The notes under the pieces: generated by a model
The model's input: only the letters and a program-made list of their open reading frames with translations
What the model was told of the DNA's origin: nothing
The model's database searches: none
Made by a program: the position numbers and the translations under genes
Shown: positions 45,994 to 56,730 of the stretch, piece by piece
Position numbering within the stretch: the stretch's first letter is position 1
Layout: each line of letters starts with the position of its first letter
Source of the DNA: an uncultured Gaiellales bacterium
Lineage (GTDB): Bacteria > Actinomycetota > Thermoleophilia > RBG-16-64-13
Direction: 5' to 3'
Assembly: GCA_964497095.1 (NCBI GenBank)
Contig: CAZCCL010000001.1
Location: 348-64,347, forward strand
Length of the DNA stretch: 64,000 nt

Positions 45994-47250
45994 ATGGACC
46001 ACGTGGACCGGCAAGCGGGACTCGAGGTCTGGGCGCTCGAGCCCTACTTCGGAGGCTCTCACAAGTACTTCTTGGAGGGGCTGTCGAGGCAGTCCGCCCA
46101 TCGTTTCAAGCTGTTCACCCTCCCTGGCCGGCACTGGAAGTGGCGGATGCACGGAGGGGCTCTATCGTTGGCTCAAAGGGTGAGTGAAGAGGGTCGCTTG
46201 GGATCTGCACCCGACTCGGCCGCCCCAGGACCCGATGTGCTGTTCGTGTCCGATATGCTCGATCTAGCCGTCTTCTTAGCGGCGGTCGAGCCGGGGATCG
46301 CCGGCGCCCCGGCGATCGCCTACTTCCACGAGAACCAGCTCACGTATCCCCTGCCCCCGGGCGTCGAGCGAGACCTGAGTTACGGCTTCAAGAACTTGAC
46401 CACAGCAGTAGCGGCCCGCACCGTCCTCTTCAACAGCGAATACCATCGCCGGGAATTCCTGGAGGCCTGCTCGGCTCTGCTGAAGGCGATGCCGGACAAG
46501 ATCCCCCACTCGTATCTGGAGGAGATCGAGGCGAAATCAAGGGTTCTGCCGATCGGCTGCGACCTGCGCCGGTTCGACCGCCATCGGCCGACGGGGAGAT
46601 CGCAGGCGGCGAACGGTCGCTGGGGCGATCCCCAAGCCGGACCCCTCATCGTGTGGAACCAGCGCTGGGAATACGACAAGGCCCCGGGGGCTCTCTTCGC
46701 GGCCCTGTACGAGCTGAAGGCTCGGGGGGTACGGTTCCGCCTGGCGATGGCGGGGCCCAACCAAGGCACACCGACGGCGGAGTTCCTGCGCGCCAGGCGA
46801 GAGTTGAAGGACGAGATCGTGCAGTGGGGGAGGGTCACACGAGCCACCGATTATGCGTGTCTTCTATGGTCTTCCGACGTAGTGGTCTCCACGGCCGTCC
46901 ACGAGTTCTTCGGCATAGCGGTGGTCGAAGCTCTCTACTGCGGGTGCCGGCCGGTCCTGCCTCGCCGGCTCAGCTACCCGGAGATCATCCCACCCGAGGT
47001 GCATGAAGATGTCTTGTACGGGGAAGGTGAGCTGGTAGGAGCCCTCGCCGGAGCGTTGGCTCGGCCGCGCGGCTGGTCGGAGGACTGGCAGAGGACGTGG
47101 GTGAGCCGCTTCGATTGGGCGAGCCTTCGGACTCGCTACGATGAAGAGATCCGGCGGTGTTGGGAGAACGAGGCACGCACCCGGAGCCCGCGGCGCCGGG
47201 TCGGTGACCAAGTGGGAGGGAGAGACGGTGGCGGAGAGACTATCGCTTGA
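45994..47250 (+). CDS. Glycosyltransferase family 4 with N-terminal DUF3524 domain (tRNA-queuosine mannosyltransferase-like architecture)
   Basis: …VWALEPYFGGSHKYF… DUF3524 start and C-terminal GT1 fold (…EFFGIAVVEALYCGCRPVLP…). Confidence 0.6.
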   Translation: MDHVDRQAGLEVWALEPYFGGSHKYFLEGLSRQSAHRFKLFTLPGRHWKWRMHGGALSLAQRVSEEGRLGSAPDSAAPGPDVLFVSDMLDLAVFLAAVEPGIAGAPAIAYFHENQLTYPLPPGVERDLSYGFKNLTTAVAARTVLFNSEYHRREFLEACSALLKAMPDKIPHSYLEEIEAKSRVLPIGCDLRRFDRHRPTGRSQAANGRWGDPQAGPLIVWNQRWEYDKAPGALFAALYELKARGVRFRLAMAGPNQGTPTAEFLRARRELKDEIVQWGRVTRATDYACLLWSSDVVVSTAVHEFFGIAVVEALYCGCRPVLPRRLSYPEIIPPEVHEDVLYGEGELVGALAGALARPRGWSEDWQRTWVSRFDWASLRTRYDEEIRRCWENEARTRSPRRRVGDQVGGRDGGGETIA

Positions 47251-48625
47251 TATCGGGCGTTGCTTGGCAGGGGCCGGCGGAGAAGAAGTGTCGATGCCCG
47301 GGGGACTGGAGCCCGTCGCGCTGACCCCCGCCATGCTGGCGGAGCTCCGGCCTCGCCTCGAGGAAGCCCGCAAGGTGCTGCTGGAGCGGGCCGGAACAGG
47401 GATGCTGGGCTGGATGGAACTGCCGTACCAAGATCCATCCGAGATTCTGACCTTTGTGGATCGGAACCGAGCCAACTTCGACTCCTTGCTGGTCATCGGG
47501 ATCGGCGGGTCGGCTCTGGGGATCGCCGCCCTGGCGACCGCCCTTCTGCCCTTCCACTACAACGAGCTCGACCCTGCCGAGCGCGGTCAGAGGCCTCGTC
47601 TCTACGTGCTCGACAACGTCGATCCGGACGAGACGGCCGCCATCCTCAGCCGCCTCGATCCGGAGCGCACCTTGGTGAACGTCATCTCGAAATCGGGGAC
47701 GACGGGCGAGACCATGGCCGGGTATCTGGTGGTCCGGGAGCGATTCGAAGCCGCCCTAGGAGCGGAAGCGCTGAAAGACCATCTGGTGTTTACCACCGAC
47801 CCGACGAGCGGAGTGCTTCGCAAGATCGGGGACGCGTCGGCAGTACCCATGTTCGACCTCCCCCCGGGGGTGGGTGGGCGTTTCTCGGTCCTCAGCCCGG
47901 TGGGACTACTGCCGGCCGCACTGACGGGGATGGACATCGGCGCGCTTCTCGCCGGGGCTCGGGATATGGCCGGGTGGATCGCGGACAGCGAGGGGTGGGA
48001 GAATCCGGCCTGCGCCTTCGCGGGGGTCCACTATGTGGAAGACACCGGCCTCGGACGGAGGGTGAGCGTCATGATGCCATACTCCGCCCGCCTCCGCGAC
48101 CTGTCCGACTGGTATCGGCAGCTGTGGGCGGAGAGCCTGGGCAAAGCTCTCGACCGGCGCGGACGCCAGGTCAACGTGGGGCCTCTGCCGGTCAAGGCGC
48201 TCGGCGTGACCGACCAGCACTCCCAGCTGCAGTTGTACGCGGAGGGCCCGGACGACAAAGTGATCACATTCGTGGGAGTCGGAGAGTTCACGGAGAAGGT
48301 ATCCATACCCATTCCGGGCCCCGACGCGGAGGAGCTCGGGTATCTCGGGGGTCACAGTCTGGCCGAGTTGCTCTGGGCCGAGCAGAAGTCCACCGCATGG
48401 GCGTTGGCGCAGAAGGGCAGGCCTTCGCTCACGGTCAGCCTGCCCCGGGTCGACGCTTTTTCGGTGGGGGGTCTGCTCTACCTGCTGGAGATGGCGACGG
48501 CGATCGCCGGCGAACTGTACGATATCGACGCTTTCGACCAACCCGGAGTGGAGCTGAGCAAGCAGGCTACTTACGCCTTGATGGGGCGTCCCGGCTACGG
48601 GGCCTTGGCCGGAGAAATCGCCTGA
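47228..48625 (+). CDS. pgi: Glucose-6-phosphate isomerase (short bacterial/archaeal PGI type)
   Basis: …VIGIGGSALG…ISKSGTTGET…GGRFSVLSPVG… SIS domain motifs. GTG at 47228 with GGGAGGG RBS; overlaps the upstream GT by 23 nt. Confidence 0.8.
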   Translation: MAERLSLDIGRCLAGAGGEEVSMPGGLEPVALTPAMLAELRPRLEEARKVLLERAGTGMLGWMELPYQDPSEILTFVDRNRANFDSLLVIGIGGSALGIAALATALLPFHYNELDPAERGQRPRLYVLDNVDPDETAAILSRLDPERTLVNVISKSGTTGETMAGYLVVRERFEAALGAEALKDHLVFTTDPTSGVLRKIGDASAVPMFDLPPGVGGRFSVLSPVGLLPAALTGMDIGALLAGARDMAGWIADSEGWENPACAFAGVHYVEDTGLGRRVSVMMPYSARLRDLSDWYRQLWAESLGKALDRRGRQVNVGPLPVKALGVTDQHSQLQLYAEGPDDKVITFVGVGEFTEKVSIPIPGPDAEELGYLGGHSLAELLWAEQKSTAWALAQKGRPSLTVSLPRVDAFSVGGLLYLLEMATAIAGELYDIDAFDQPGVELSKQATYALMGRPGYGALAGEIA

Positions 48626-48648
48626 GGTGAACCCCTGGTGAGGCGGAG

Positions 48649-49245
48649 GTGACGCTGGTCCGGCGGGCGTTGTGGTTGGTCGGCGCGACCCTCGTCTACA
48701 ACGTCATCGAGGCCGTCATCGCCGTCTGGGCGGGGACGGAAGCCGATAGCATCGCCCTCCTCGGCTTCGGTCTGGACAGTGTCATCGAGTGCGCGGCGGC
48801 AGCGGTGCTGCTGTGGCGGCTCTGGGTCGAGACGGGCTCGCACGACGCGGAGCGCATCGAGAAGGCAGAGCGTCGGGCGCATCGCTTCGTGGGCCTGACC
48901 TTTCTCGCTTTGGCCGCGTACGTGGTCGTGCAGGCTGCCCTCAACGTGGCCTCGGGGGATCGTCCGGAAAGCAGTACGGTGGGCATCGTGCTGGCTGCGG
49001 CCTCGCTGGTCGTCATGCCTCTTTTGGCTTGGGCCAAGCTGCGGACCGCCGCCGGCCTGGGTAGTGGGGCGCTCCGGGCCGAGGCCAGAGAGACGCTCGC
49101 CTGCGCCTATCTGTCGTTCACCCTTCTTCTCGGCCTTACGCTCAACGCGGCCGCCGGTTGGTGGTGGGCCGACCCGGTCGCTGCCTTGTTCATGGTGCCC
49201 TGGTTGATCAGGGAGGGTCTGGAAGGAGTACGGGGCGAAGACTGA
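48649..49245 (+). CDS. Cation-diffusion-facilitator-like membrane protein (TM domain only, no C-terminal cytoplasmic domain)
   Basis: 198 aa with 5-6 TM helices and CDF-like polar residues in the helices. Confidence 0.45.
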   Translation: MTLVRRALWLVGATLVYNVIEAVIAVWAGTEADSIALLGFGLDSVIECAAAAVLLWRLWVETGSHDAERIEKAERRAHRFVGLTFLALAAYVVVQAALNVASGDRPESSTVGIVLAAASLVVMPLLAWAKLRTAAGLGSGALRAEARETLACAYLSFTLLLGLTLNAAAGWWWADPVAALFMVPWLIREGLEGVRGED

Positions 49246-49439
49246 GCGGCTCCGAGGACCGGGTGTTTCGGGCCAGGCGGCCGCTGAGTGGGCGGCGGGC
49301 ACCCGGCAGCCGCCGGCTGGGCACCCGATTGGCGGCCGCTCAAGAGGCACCCACTAGGGGGCCGGTAGACACTCGTTGGCTGCGTAGCGACCCCGTTGGC
49401 GGCGTGGCGCACCCCTCCTTTGAGTAGCCCCCTTGTCAG

Positions 49440-49453
49440 CGAACATATGTTCG
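49440..49453 (+). promoter_or_regulatory. LexA/SOS box (Cheo-type) CGAACATATGTTCG inside the dinB promoter (TTGTCA … TATATT)
   Basis: Perfect CGAAC-N4-GTTCG palindrome between a -35-like TTGTCA (49433) and a -10-like TATATT (49454), 15 nt before the dinB ATG. Confidence 0.7.
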
Positions 49454-49468
49454 TATATTCTGGGGACC

Positions 49469-50773
49469 ATGGAGGGACGGATCACATCCGCCGGACTCAG
49501 CACCGAACTCAGCACCGGACTCGATGCCGGCAGCGGCGCCGGTGCCATCGTGCGGCCGCGCGCCGCTCATCGGGTGATAGCCCACCTGGACTTCGACGCT
49601 TTCTTCGCCGCGGTGGAAGAGAACCGGGATCCTTCGCTACGAGGCAAGCCTGTTATCGTCGGCGGCGGGGAGCGGGGAGTGGTCTCCACCGCCAATTACG
49701 TGGCCCGGCGGTACGGCATACATTCGGCTATGCCCCTCCGCACCGCCAGGCGCCTCTGCCCCCATGGGGTGTATCTCACCGGACATCACCGGCTCTACCT
49801 CGAGTACTCCCGCCGTCTGATGGCCATGCTGGACGGCTACTCGCCCTTGGTTGAGCAGATGAGCCTGGACGAGGCCTATCTCGACCTCACCGGCACCGAG
49901 CGGCTGTTCGGGTCGCCGGTCCGGACGGCCCGGCTCATCCAACGGCGGGTGGAGGACGAACTTGATCTGACCATCTCCGTGGGGCTGGCTACGAACAAGC
50001 TGGTGGCCAAGGTGGCTTCCGATCATCACAAGCCGGCCGGCTTCACCGTGATCCCGCCGGGAAAGGAGGCGGAGTTCCTAGCCCCTCTGCCCGTGGAGCG
50101 ACTGCCGGGGGTAGGGCCGGCACTGCTGGAAAAGCTGCGAGACCGGGGGGTAGCTACCGTGGGTGATCTGGCCCGGGTCCCGCCGCATCTATTGCGTCTT
50201 TCTTTTGGCGAATGGGGAGAACTACTCGCCCACCGGGCCCGGGGTGAAGACCTGCGCCGGGTGATACCCCACGAAGAAGTGAAGTCCATCTCCCGGGAGC
50301 ACACCTTCGAAGAAGACGTCTCCGACGTGAGCCTGCTCGAGTCGACACTGATCGCGCTCACCGAGGATGTCTGCCGCCGCCTGCGCCGCAGGCGGTTGGA
50401 GGCCCGTACGGTGACCGTCAAGATCCGCTACTCGGACTTCGTCACCCATACCTGTTCGCACACCTTGTCCCGGCCGCTGGATGTGGACGAGACGTTCTTC
50501 AAGGAAGTACTGGCTCTCTTCCGCCAGGGGCGTCGCAGGCGCTATCACCTGAGGTTGGTGGGGGTGGGGCTCAGCAATCTGGTGCCGCGCGCCTGGCAGG
50601 ACGACCTCTTCGACCAAGAACTGCCTTTGCTGAGAGAACTCGATCTCAAGGTGGATACCATCCGGGAGAAGTACGGAAAGCAGGCCGTGTGCCGGGGGGC
50701 GGCGCTCCCCTACTGCTCGTTGGGCACCGCGTATATGCGTACCTCGGAAAGGGCCGCATCCTCCCACTCGTAG
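49469..50773 (+). CDS. dinB: DNA polymerase IV (Y-family translesion polymerase)
   Basis: …VIAHLDFDAFFAAVEENRDPSLRGKPVIVGG… with palm, fingers and little-finger regions. An alternative in-frame GTG start at 49574 gives the canonical MIAHLDFDAFF N-terminus. Confidence 0.85.
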   Translation: MEGRITSAGLSTELSTGLDAGSGAGAIVRPRAAHRVIAHLDFDAFFAAVEENRDPSLRGKPVIVGGGERGVVSTANYVARRYGIHSAMPLRTARRLCPHGVYLTGHHRLYLEYSRRLMAMLDGYSPLVEQMSLDEAYLDLTGTERLFGSPVRTARLIQRRVEDELDLTISVGLATNKLVAKVASDHHKPAGFTVIPPGKEAEFLAPLPVERLPGVGPALLEKLRDRGVATVGDLARVPPHLLRLSFGEWGELLAHRARGEDLRRVIPHEEVKSISREHTFEEDVSDVSLLESTLIALTEDVCRRLRRRRLEARTVTVKIRYSDFVTHTCSHTLSRPLDVDETFFKEVLALFRQGRRRRYHLRLVGVGLSNLVPRAWQDDLFDQELPLLRELDLKVDTIREKYGKQAVCRGAALPYCSLGTAYMRTSERAASSHS

Positions 50774-51507
50774 TCCGGATAGACGGAAACGATGGTCAGC
50801 TTGATCCACTCGGTGGCTCTGTGTGTGGTGGTGACGGACTGAAGATCCTTGGTATCCAGTAGCTCGACCAGCTGAGTGGCCCCGTTCGAGTATTCAACCT
50901 TCAATGACTTGACACGGGCGGCGCTGAAGAAACGATCGTCGTCTTTCTGATAGCCGTTCGCGATCTCGAGATGGTCGACGACCACCGGCTCCAAGAACTC
51001 GAAGCGCACCCATTCACCCGTCCCCGGCCCCTTCCTGCCTTCGGACCACGCCGTGGTCAGGTCGCCGTCCACCAGGTTGGGTGGGCGGAAGTTGCTGGTC
51101 GCGGTCGGTTCCAGCACCGAGGAAGCGGAGGTGGCCCGAGGCCGGATGAGCATGGCCGCCTTGGTCGAAGATGAACTGCCGGGGTTGCTGCCGCCACCGC
51201 CGGGATTGGCGGAGGACTCGGTGACGATGGTGGCCGTGGTGCCGGTGCGACCGGCGTAGGGGTCGACCGTCTTGCCCAGATCGAGCCCGCGGTAGACGAT
51301 GAAACCCAGACTGAACGTCGTGGCCAGCAGAACGAGGAAGAGGGCGAACCCCATCGCCACCCCGGCGGGCGTGACCCGGCTGCCCCGGGGCAACGCCCCC
51401 CCAGGGACCGAGCCGGTGAGAGAAGCGCCGCAGCGGCTGCAGAACAGCGCACCGGGCTCGTTCGGAGTCCGACATTGGCGACACCTTATGTAGTCAGCGG
51501 GGCTCAT
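50710..51507 (-). CDS. Zinc-ribbon membrane protein with C-terminal discoidin (F5/8 type C)-like domain
   Basis: CRQCRTPNEPGALFCSRCG zinc ribbon, one TM helix, Ser/Thr/Gly-rich linker, C-terminal beta-rich domain (…NLVDGDLTTAWSEG…). Confidence 0.45.
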   Translation of the reverse strand: MSPADYIRCRQCRTPNEPGALFCSRCGASLTGSVPGGALPRGSRVTPAGVAMGFALFLVLLATTFSLGFIVYRGLDLGKTVDPYAGRTGTTATIVTESSANPGGGGSNPGSSSSTKAAMLIRPRATSASSVLEPTATSNFRPPNLVDGDLTTAWSEGRKGPGTGEWVRFEFLEPVVVDHLEIANGYQKDDDRFFSAARVKSLKVEYSNGATQLVELLDTKDLQSVTTTHRATEWIKLTIVSVYPDYEWEDAALSEVRIYAVPNEQ

Positions 51508-51695
51508 CGGTGGTTGCCGTTCCCGTGATCGCGTGATCGCAGTCGTCGTCGCACAAGCAGCAGCCTTCCCCGGCCATTATGGCAGGAAGAGCCGGTCTTC
51601 CGGAATACCCAGTCTTGCCAAGGACCCGGTCGGTCGTTCCCCCTCTGCTAGAATCTGCTGGTCCGTTCAATGCCGGCTCATATGGAGAACCATCC

Positions 51696-52580
51696 ATGCC
51701 AGATATCGACAGCCTCAAGGAATCCAAGAACTACTATCTCGACATACCGCAGCGGCATGAGGCCTTCTTCCTCAAGGGTTCCGTTTCGCTCGACTGGGGC
51801 ATGCAGAGCCGGCTGGCTCGTATATTCCGCCCTGAATCCGGCCGCACGGTGATGCTCGCCGTCGACCACGGCTACTTCCAGGGACCCACTTCAGGTCTGG
51901 AGAGAGTGGACGTCAACATCCTTCCGCTGGCCCCGTACTCCGATGCCCTGATGCTCACGAGGGGCATCCTGCGCTCTATCGTCCCCCCGACCTACGAGCG
52001 CGGTGTAGTCATGCGGGCGAGCGGAGGGCCGAGCGTCCTGCGGGAGCTTTCGAACGAGCAACTGGCGGTCGACATGGAGGACGCGGTACGCATGAACGTG
52101 TCCGCCGTTGCGGTCCAGGTCTTCATCGGCGGGGAATACGAGACTCAGTCGATCTACAACATGACCCGTCTGGTCGACATGGGCTACCGCTACGGCATCC
52201 CCGTCCTAGGCGTCACTGCGGTGGGCAAGGATATGACCCGGGATGCCCGCTACTTCCGGCTGGCCTGCCGCATGGCGGCCGAACTGGGCGCGAATTTCGT
52301 CAAGACGTACTACATCGAAGAAGACTTCGAGACCGTGACCGCTTCCTGTCCGGTCCCCATCGTGATGGCGGGCGGTAAGAAACTCCCCGAGCTGGACGCC
52401 CTCACCATGGCGTACAAGGCGGTGAGCGAAGGCGCCTCGGGTGTGGACATGGGCCGCAACATCTTCCAGTCGGACGCCCCGGTGGCCATGATCCAAGCGG
52501 TGAACAAAGTCGTGCACGAGTTCATGAAGCCTGCAGAGGCCTACGAGCTCTTCCAGACCTTGAGGAACGAGAAGAAGTAG
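51696..52580 (+). CDS. Class I aldolase of the DhnA/LsrF/FbaB family
   Basis: …[12 protein letters not shown]… and the Schiff-base Lys region (…ANFVKTYY…) are typical of the DeoC/FbaB family. GGAGAA RBS. Confidence 0.7.
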   Translation: MPDIDSLKESKNYYLDIPQRHEAFFLKGSVSLDWGMQSRLARIFRPESGRTVMLAVDHGYFQGPTSGLERVDVNILPLAPYSDALMLTRGILRSIVPPTYERGVVMRASGGPSVLRELSNEQLAVDMEDAVRMNVSAVAVQVFIGGEYETQSIYNMTRLVDMGYRYGIPVLGVTAVGKDMTRDARYFRLACRMAAELGANFVKTYYIEEDFETVTASCPVPIVMAGGKKLPELDALTMAYKAVSEGASGVDMGRNIFQSDAPVAMIQAVNKVVHEFMKPAEAYELFQTLRNEKK

Positions 52581-52671
52581 GGCCACGTTGGGCGGCGTTG
52601 ACAGGGGCGGCTCCGGGGCCGGCGACTCCTCACCGGGGGGTCCCGTGACCGTACCTGCTGTCGTTAGCACC

Positions 52672-53382
52672 TTGGAGCGCCTGCGGTCGCTGTGTCCCAC
52701 GGTCAGCGTGGGCACTCTCACCGCCGATCTCATGCATCTGGGGGACGAGCTCGCACTGCTCGAGGAAGCGGGCGTGGGAATGGTGCACGTGGACGTCATG
52801 GACGGCTGCTTCTGCCCCGCGCTCACCGTCGGCCCGCCGTACATCAAGGGCCTACGCACGCCACTCCTCAAAGATGTGCATCTGATGGTGCACGAGCCTC
52901 TTGATCGACTGGGGGACTACGTGGCCGCGGGGGCCGATATCATAACGGTCCAGGTGGAGTCGGCGGTCCACATCCACCGGGTGCTTCAGCATCTCGGCTC
53001 GATGGAACATGTGTCCGGGCCGGGCCGGGGCCTGGTGCGAGGATTGGCGCTCAACCCTGGCACCGCCCTGGAGTGGTTGACCGGACCTCTGCTCGACGAG
53101 ATCGATCTGATCGTGCTTCTGGCCGTGGATCCCGGGTGGAGTGGGCAGGCGCTTTCCCCCGCTATCTACTCCCGGGTGGCCAAGGTGAAGGAACTGATCG
53201 CATCCTCGGGTAGAGAGATCCTGGTTTCCGTCGACGGCGGGGTCACACGAGACAACATCGCCGGTCTGGCCGCCTCCGGGGCGGATATCGTCGTCACGGG
53301 CAGTGCCGTCTTCGATGGAAAGGCGGCGCTGGCGAATGCCAGGCTCATGCTCTCGGCCATGCAGGGGGCGGGAGCGGAGTAG
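52672..53382 (+). CDS. rpe: Ribulose-phosphate 3-epimerase
   Basis: …HVDVMDGCFCPALTVGPPYIKGLR…VDGGV… RPE motifs. The start (TTG 52672) is uncertain. Confidence 0.75.
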   Translation: MERLRSLCPTVSVGTLTADLMHLGDELALLEEAGVGMVHVDVMDGCFCPALTVGPPYIKGLRTPLLKDVHLMVHEPLDRLGDYVAAGADIITVQVESAVHIHRVLQHLGSMEHVSGPGRGLVRGLALNPGTALEWLTGPLLDEIDLIVLLAVDPGWSGQALSPAIYSRVAKVKELIASSGREILVSVDGGVTRDNIAGLAASGADIVVTGSAVFDGKAALANARLMLSAMQGAGAE

Positions 53383-53405
53383 CTCGAGAGCAGAGGTGGC
53401 TGTTC

Positions 53406-55652
53406 ATGCGGTCGAAGTGGTCGGAGGAAGAAGCCGCCGGGTTCGTCGCCCGGTACGCGGCTGAGTGGGGAGAGCCGCTTGCTCTCCGCACCTATTCCAG
53501 CCGGCTGCTGGGGGGCGAGCCGACGCTGGTGCTGCATGGGGGCGGCAATTCCTCGGTCAAGACTCCGTGGAAGAACATCCTCGGGGAGACGGTGGCCGCC
53601 GTATTCGTGAAGGCTTCGGGGGTGGACATGGCCCTCATGGAGCCGGGTGATCACACCGGTCTCGAGCTGGACTACCTGAGGCGCCTGCGGTTGCTGGCAG
53701 GCTTGGACGATGGGCAGATGGTCGACCAACTGAGGACCCATCGGCTGCGGGCGGACGGCTTGACTCCGTCGATCGAGGCGCTGGTTCATGCGTTTCTCCC
53801 GGCCTCCTATGTGGACCACACTCATGCCGACCACATCTTGGCGCTCACGAACCGGCCTGACGGTGAGGCCCTGGCAGGGCGGGTCCTCGGAGAAGAAGTC
53901 ATCGTGCTCCCTTACGTCACTCCGGGCTTCGACCTGGCCTTGGCGGCGGTTGCGGCCCTGGAGGGCCGGACTTCCGCTAGAGGGATGGTCTGGGCGCATC
54001 ACGGCCTCACGACCTGGGGCGAGTCGGCCCGGGAGTCGTACGAGGCCACGGTCGACTTGGTATCGCGGGCGGAGCAGTTCCTTGAGGCACATAGGGTGCC
54101 ACGTCGACCGCCGGCCCATGGCTCCGCGGACCCCGCGCCGCCGACTTTCCCCGGGGCAGAGGTCGACGCGCCGGCTGTGGAGCCTACGCCCGCCGAGACG
54201 CCCTCCGTTGCGGCTACGCCGGCGGAGACCGGAGAGGCCGAAGAGAGACTGGCGGCGGTGGCGCCGGTGATACGCGGGCTGTTGGCCGCCCGCACCGATG
54301 ACTGCGACCGGCCCTACCAGCGGGTGGTGCTACAGACGCTCACCGGGCGCGGGGTCCTAGCTGCTCTCGCCGCACCGGGAGCGCGCGACATGCTGGTCAG
54401 CCCGCCGCTCACCACCGATCACCTGATCCGCACCAAAGCGCTGCCGTTGTGGGTGGAGGGGCTTCCGTACGAGGATCCCGTTGCGCTCCACGAGCGACTC
54501 GAGGCGGCGGTCGAAGGCTACTGCACTTCCTACGCGGCCTATCTCGAACGCCACGCTCAAGACATGCCACCGGGCATCGAGCCCTTCGATCCTCGGCCGC
54601 GGGTGGTTCTCATCCCCGGCCTGGGCGCGCTCTGCGCGGGACCGGACCTGCGCGAGTCCGTCATCGCCCGTGACATAACCGAGCACGCTCTGGCCGTGAA
54701 GACCCTGGTCGCAGAGACCTCTGCGGTGGGAGGCCCGTACCAAGGGTTGCACGAGGACGAGCTGTTCCGCATGGAGTATCGGCCTCTGCAGCACGCCAAG
54801 CTGGCTTCGAGCGCGCCCAAAGCTACTTCGGGCAAAGGCAGGTCCTCGGAGCTTAGTGGGCAGGTGGCTCTCATCACCGGAGCGGCGGGAGCCATCGGGA
54901 CCGGCGTCTGCCGGGGTCTTCTGGAGGCCGGCTGCCTGGTAGCCGCCACCGATCTGAACGGCGCCCCTCTCGATACCTTGCTTGGGGATATGGAGCGTGA
55001 TTTCCCCGACAACGTGATCGGCGTACCCCTCGACGTGACGGACGCGGCCTCTGTGTCGGCCGCTTTCGCCCAGGTGTCGCGCACCTGGGGCGGCATCGAT
55101 CTGGTGATCGCCAATGCCGGTATCGCCATGGTGGCGCCGCTCACCGAACTGGATCTGGAGCGCTATCGCAAGCTCGAACGGGTCAATGTCGAAGGCACTC
55201 TGCTGGTCCTTGCCGAGGCGGCTCGATTGTTCCGGCGCCAGAGGACCGGGGGAGACATCGTGCTCGTCTCCACCAAGAACGTCTTTTCCCCGGGGGCCAG
55301 TTTCGGCGCCTACAGCTCTACCAAAGCAGCGGCTCATCAGCTGGCCCGTATCGCCAGCTTGGAACTGGCCGGGGACGACGTACGGGTCAACATGGTCTCA
55401 CCCGATGCCGTGTTCTCGTGCGGCACCTGCCGCTCCGGTCTATGGGCGGAGGTCGGCCCCGAACGGATGAAAGCCCGGGGGTTGGATGAGGCCGGTCTCG
55501 AAGCCTACTACCAGAGCAGGAACCTACTGAAGACTCAAGTCACAGCCGCCCATGTGGCGAACGCGGTGCTCTTCTTCGCCACCCGCCAGACTCCGACCAC
55601 CGGGGCCACCATCCCCGTGGATGGCGGACTACCCGATTCGACGCCTCGCTAG
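53406..55652 (+). CDS. Bifunctional class II aldolase (adducin-like) / short-chain dehydrogenase (rhamnulose-1-phosphate aldolase / lactaldehyde dehydrogenase type)
   Basis: N-terminal aldolase_II domain (…[12 protein letters not shown]…) and C-terminal SDR (…[13 protein letters not shown]…YSSTKAA…). 748 aa. Confidence 0.8.
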   Translation: MRSKWSEEEAAGFVARYAAEWGEPLALRTYSSRLLGGEPTLVLHGGGNSSVKTPWKNILGETVAAVFVKASGVDMALMEPGDHTGLELDYLRRLRLLAGLDDGQMVDQLRTHRLRADGLTPSIEALVHAFLPASYVDHTHADHILALTNRPDGEALAGRVLGEEVIVLPYVTPGFDLALAAVAALEGRTSARGMVWAHHGLTTWGESARESYEATVDLVSRAEQFLEAHRVPRRPPAHGSADPAPPTFPGAEVDAPAVEPTPAETPSVAATPAETGEAEERLAAVAPVIRGLLAARTDDCDRPYQRVVLQTLTGRGVLAALAAPGARDMLVSPPLTTDHLIRTKALPLWVEGLPYEDPVALHERLEAAVEGYCTSYAAYLERHAQDMPPGIEPFDPRPRVVLIPGLGALCAGPDLRESVIARDITEHALAVKTLVAETSAVGGPYQGLHEDELFRMEYRPLQHAKLASSAPKATSGKGRSSELSGQVALITGAAGAIGTGVCRGLLEAGCLVAATDLNGAPLDTLLGDMERDFPDNVIGVPLDVTDAASVSAAFAQVSRTWGGIDLVIANAGIAMVAPLTELDLERYRKLERVNVEGTLLVLAEAARLFRRQRTGGDIVLVSTKNVFSPGASFGAYSSTKAAAHQLARIASLELAGDDVRVNMVSPDAVFSCGTCRSGLWAEVGPERMKARGLDEAGLEAYYQSRNLLKTQVTAAHVANAVLFFATRQTPTTGATIPVDGGLPDSTPR

Positions 55653-55662
55653 GGAGGGAGGG

Positions 55663-56730
55663 ATGACGCTTCTCGCCCAACCGATTGATCTGCGCAGTGA
55701 CACGGTCACCAGGCCGAGTCCGGAGATGCGCCGGGCCATGGCCGAGGCTGAGGTCGGGGACGACGTCTACCGCGAGGACCCGACCATCAACCGTCTCCAG
55801 GATCTGGTGGCGGACATGCTGGGTAAGGAAGCGGCCCTTTTCGTGCCTTCGGGGACGATGAGCAACCAACTTTGCCTGCGCACCTTGACCCGCCCGGGCG
55901 ACGAAGTCATCGTCCACGAGGACGCCCACGTGCTGCATTATGAGGGTGGTTCCGCGGCGGCCCTGTCCGGCCTGCAACTGAGGCCGCTTGCCGGGGAACA
56001 CGGTATCCTCGACCCCGGAGCGGTGGAGGGGGCCATCCGGCCGCTGGGGGAACATTTTGCCCGCACGGGCGCCGTGGAGATGGAGAACACCCACAATCGG
56101 TGCGGCGGCACCATCTGGCCCCTGGAAGCGATGGAGGCGGTCGCGCGGCTGGCTCGAAGGCGCAACATAGGCGTGCATCTGGACGGCGCCCGCATCTGGA
56201 ACGCCCACAGGGCCACGGGGAGCCCGCTTCGAGCGTATGCGGCCGCGGCCGACTCCGTGTCGGTGTGCTTCTCGAAGGGGCTGGGGGCTCCGGTCGGCTC
56301 GGCTTTGGCCGGATCGGTCGAGTTCGTGGAGGAAGCACGCGACAATCGCAAGCGCTACGGCGGAGCGATGCGGCAGGCCGGCATCTTGGCGGCCGCCGCC
56401 CTCTATGCGCTGGAGCACAACCTCGATCGTCTGGGGGAGGACCATGAGAAGGCCCAGGTGTTGGCGGACCTTCTGGGGGAGGTCCCCGGACTCGAGATCG
56501 TGCATCCGGTGCAGACCAACATCCTCATCGTCGACGTCGGTCCCTTGGGTGTGACGGCGGAGCAGGCGGTGACGGCGCTGCGAGAGCGGGGCGTATGGTG
56601 TGGGGAGGCTGCGCCCACCCGAGTGCGGTTCGTGACCCATCTCGATGTCAGCGCTCGGCAGGTGCGCCTCGCAGCCGAGGAAGCGGCGCGGCTCCTGCCC
56701 ACGCTCGCTGCCGCGGGGAAGGACAGATGA
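55663..56730 (+). CDS. ltaE: Low-specificity L-threonine aldolase (PLP fold type I)
   Basis: …[38 protein letters not shown]… and the PLP-Lys region (…[11 protein letters not shown]…). Confidence 0.8.
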   Translation: MTLLAQPIDLRSDTVTRPSPEMRRAMAEAEVGDDVYREDPTINRLQDLVADMLGKEAALFVPSGTMSNQLCLRTLTRPGDEVIVHEDAHVLHYEGGSAAALSGLQLRPLAGEHGILDPGAVEGAIRPLGEHFARTGAVEMENTHNRCGGTIWPLEAMEAVARLARRRNIGVHLDGARIWNAHRATGSPLRAYAAAADSVSVCFSKGLGAPVGSALAGSVEFVEEARDNRKRYGGAMRQAGILAAAALYALEHNLDRLGEDHEKAQVLADLLGEVPGLEIVHPVQTNILIVDVGPLGVTAEQAVTALRERGVWCGEAAPTRVRFVTHLDVSARQVRLAAEEAARLLPTLAAAGKDR

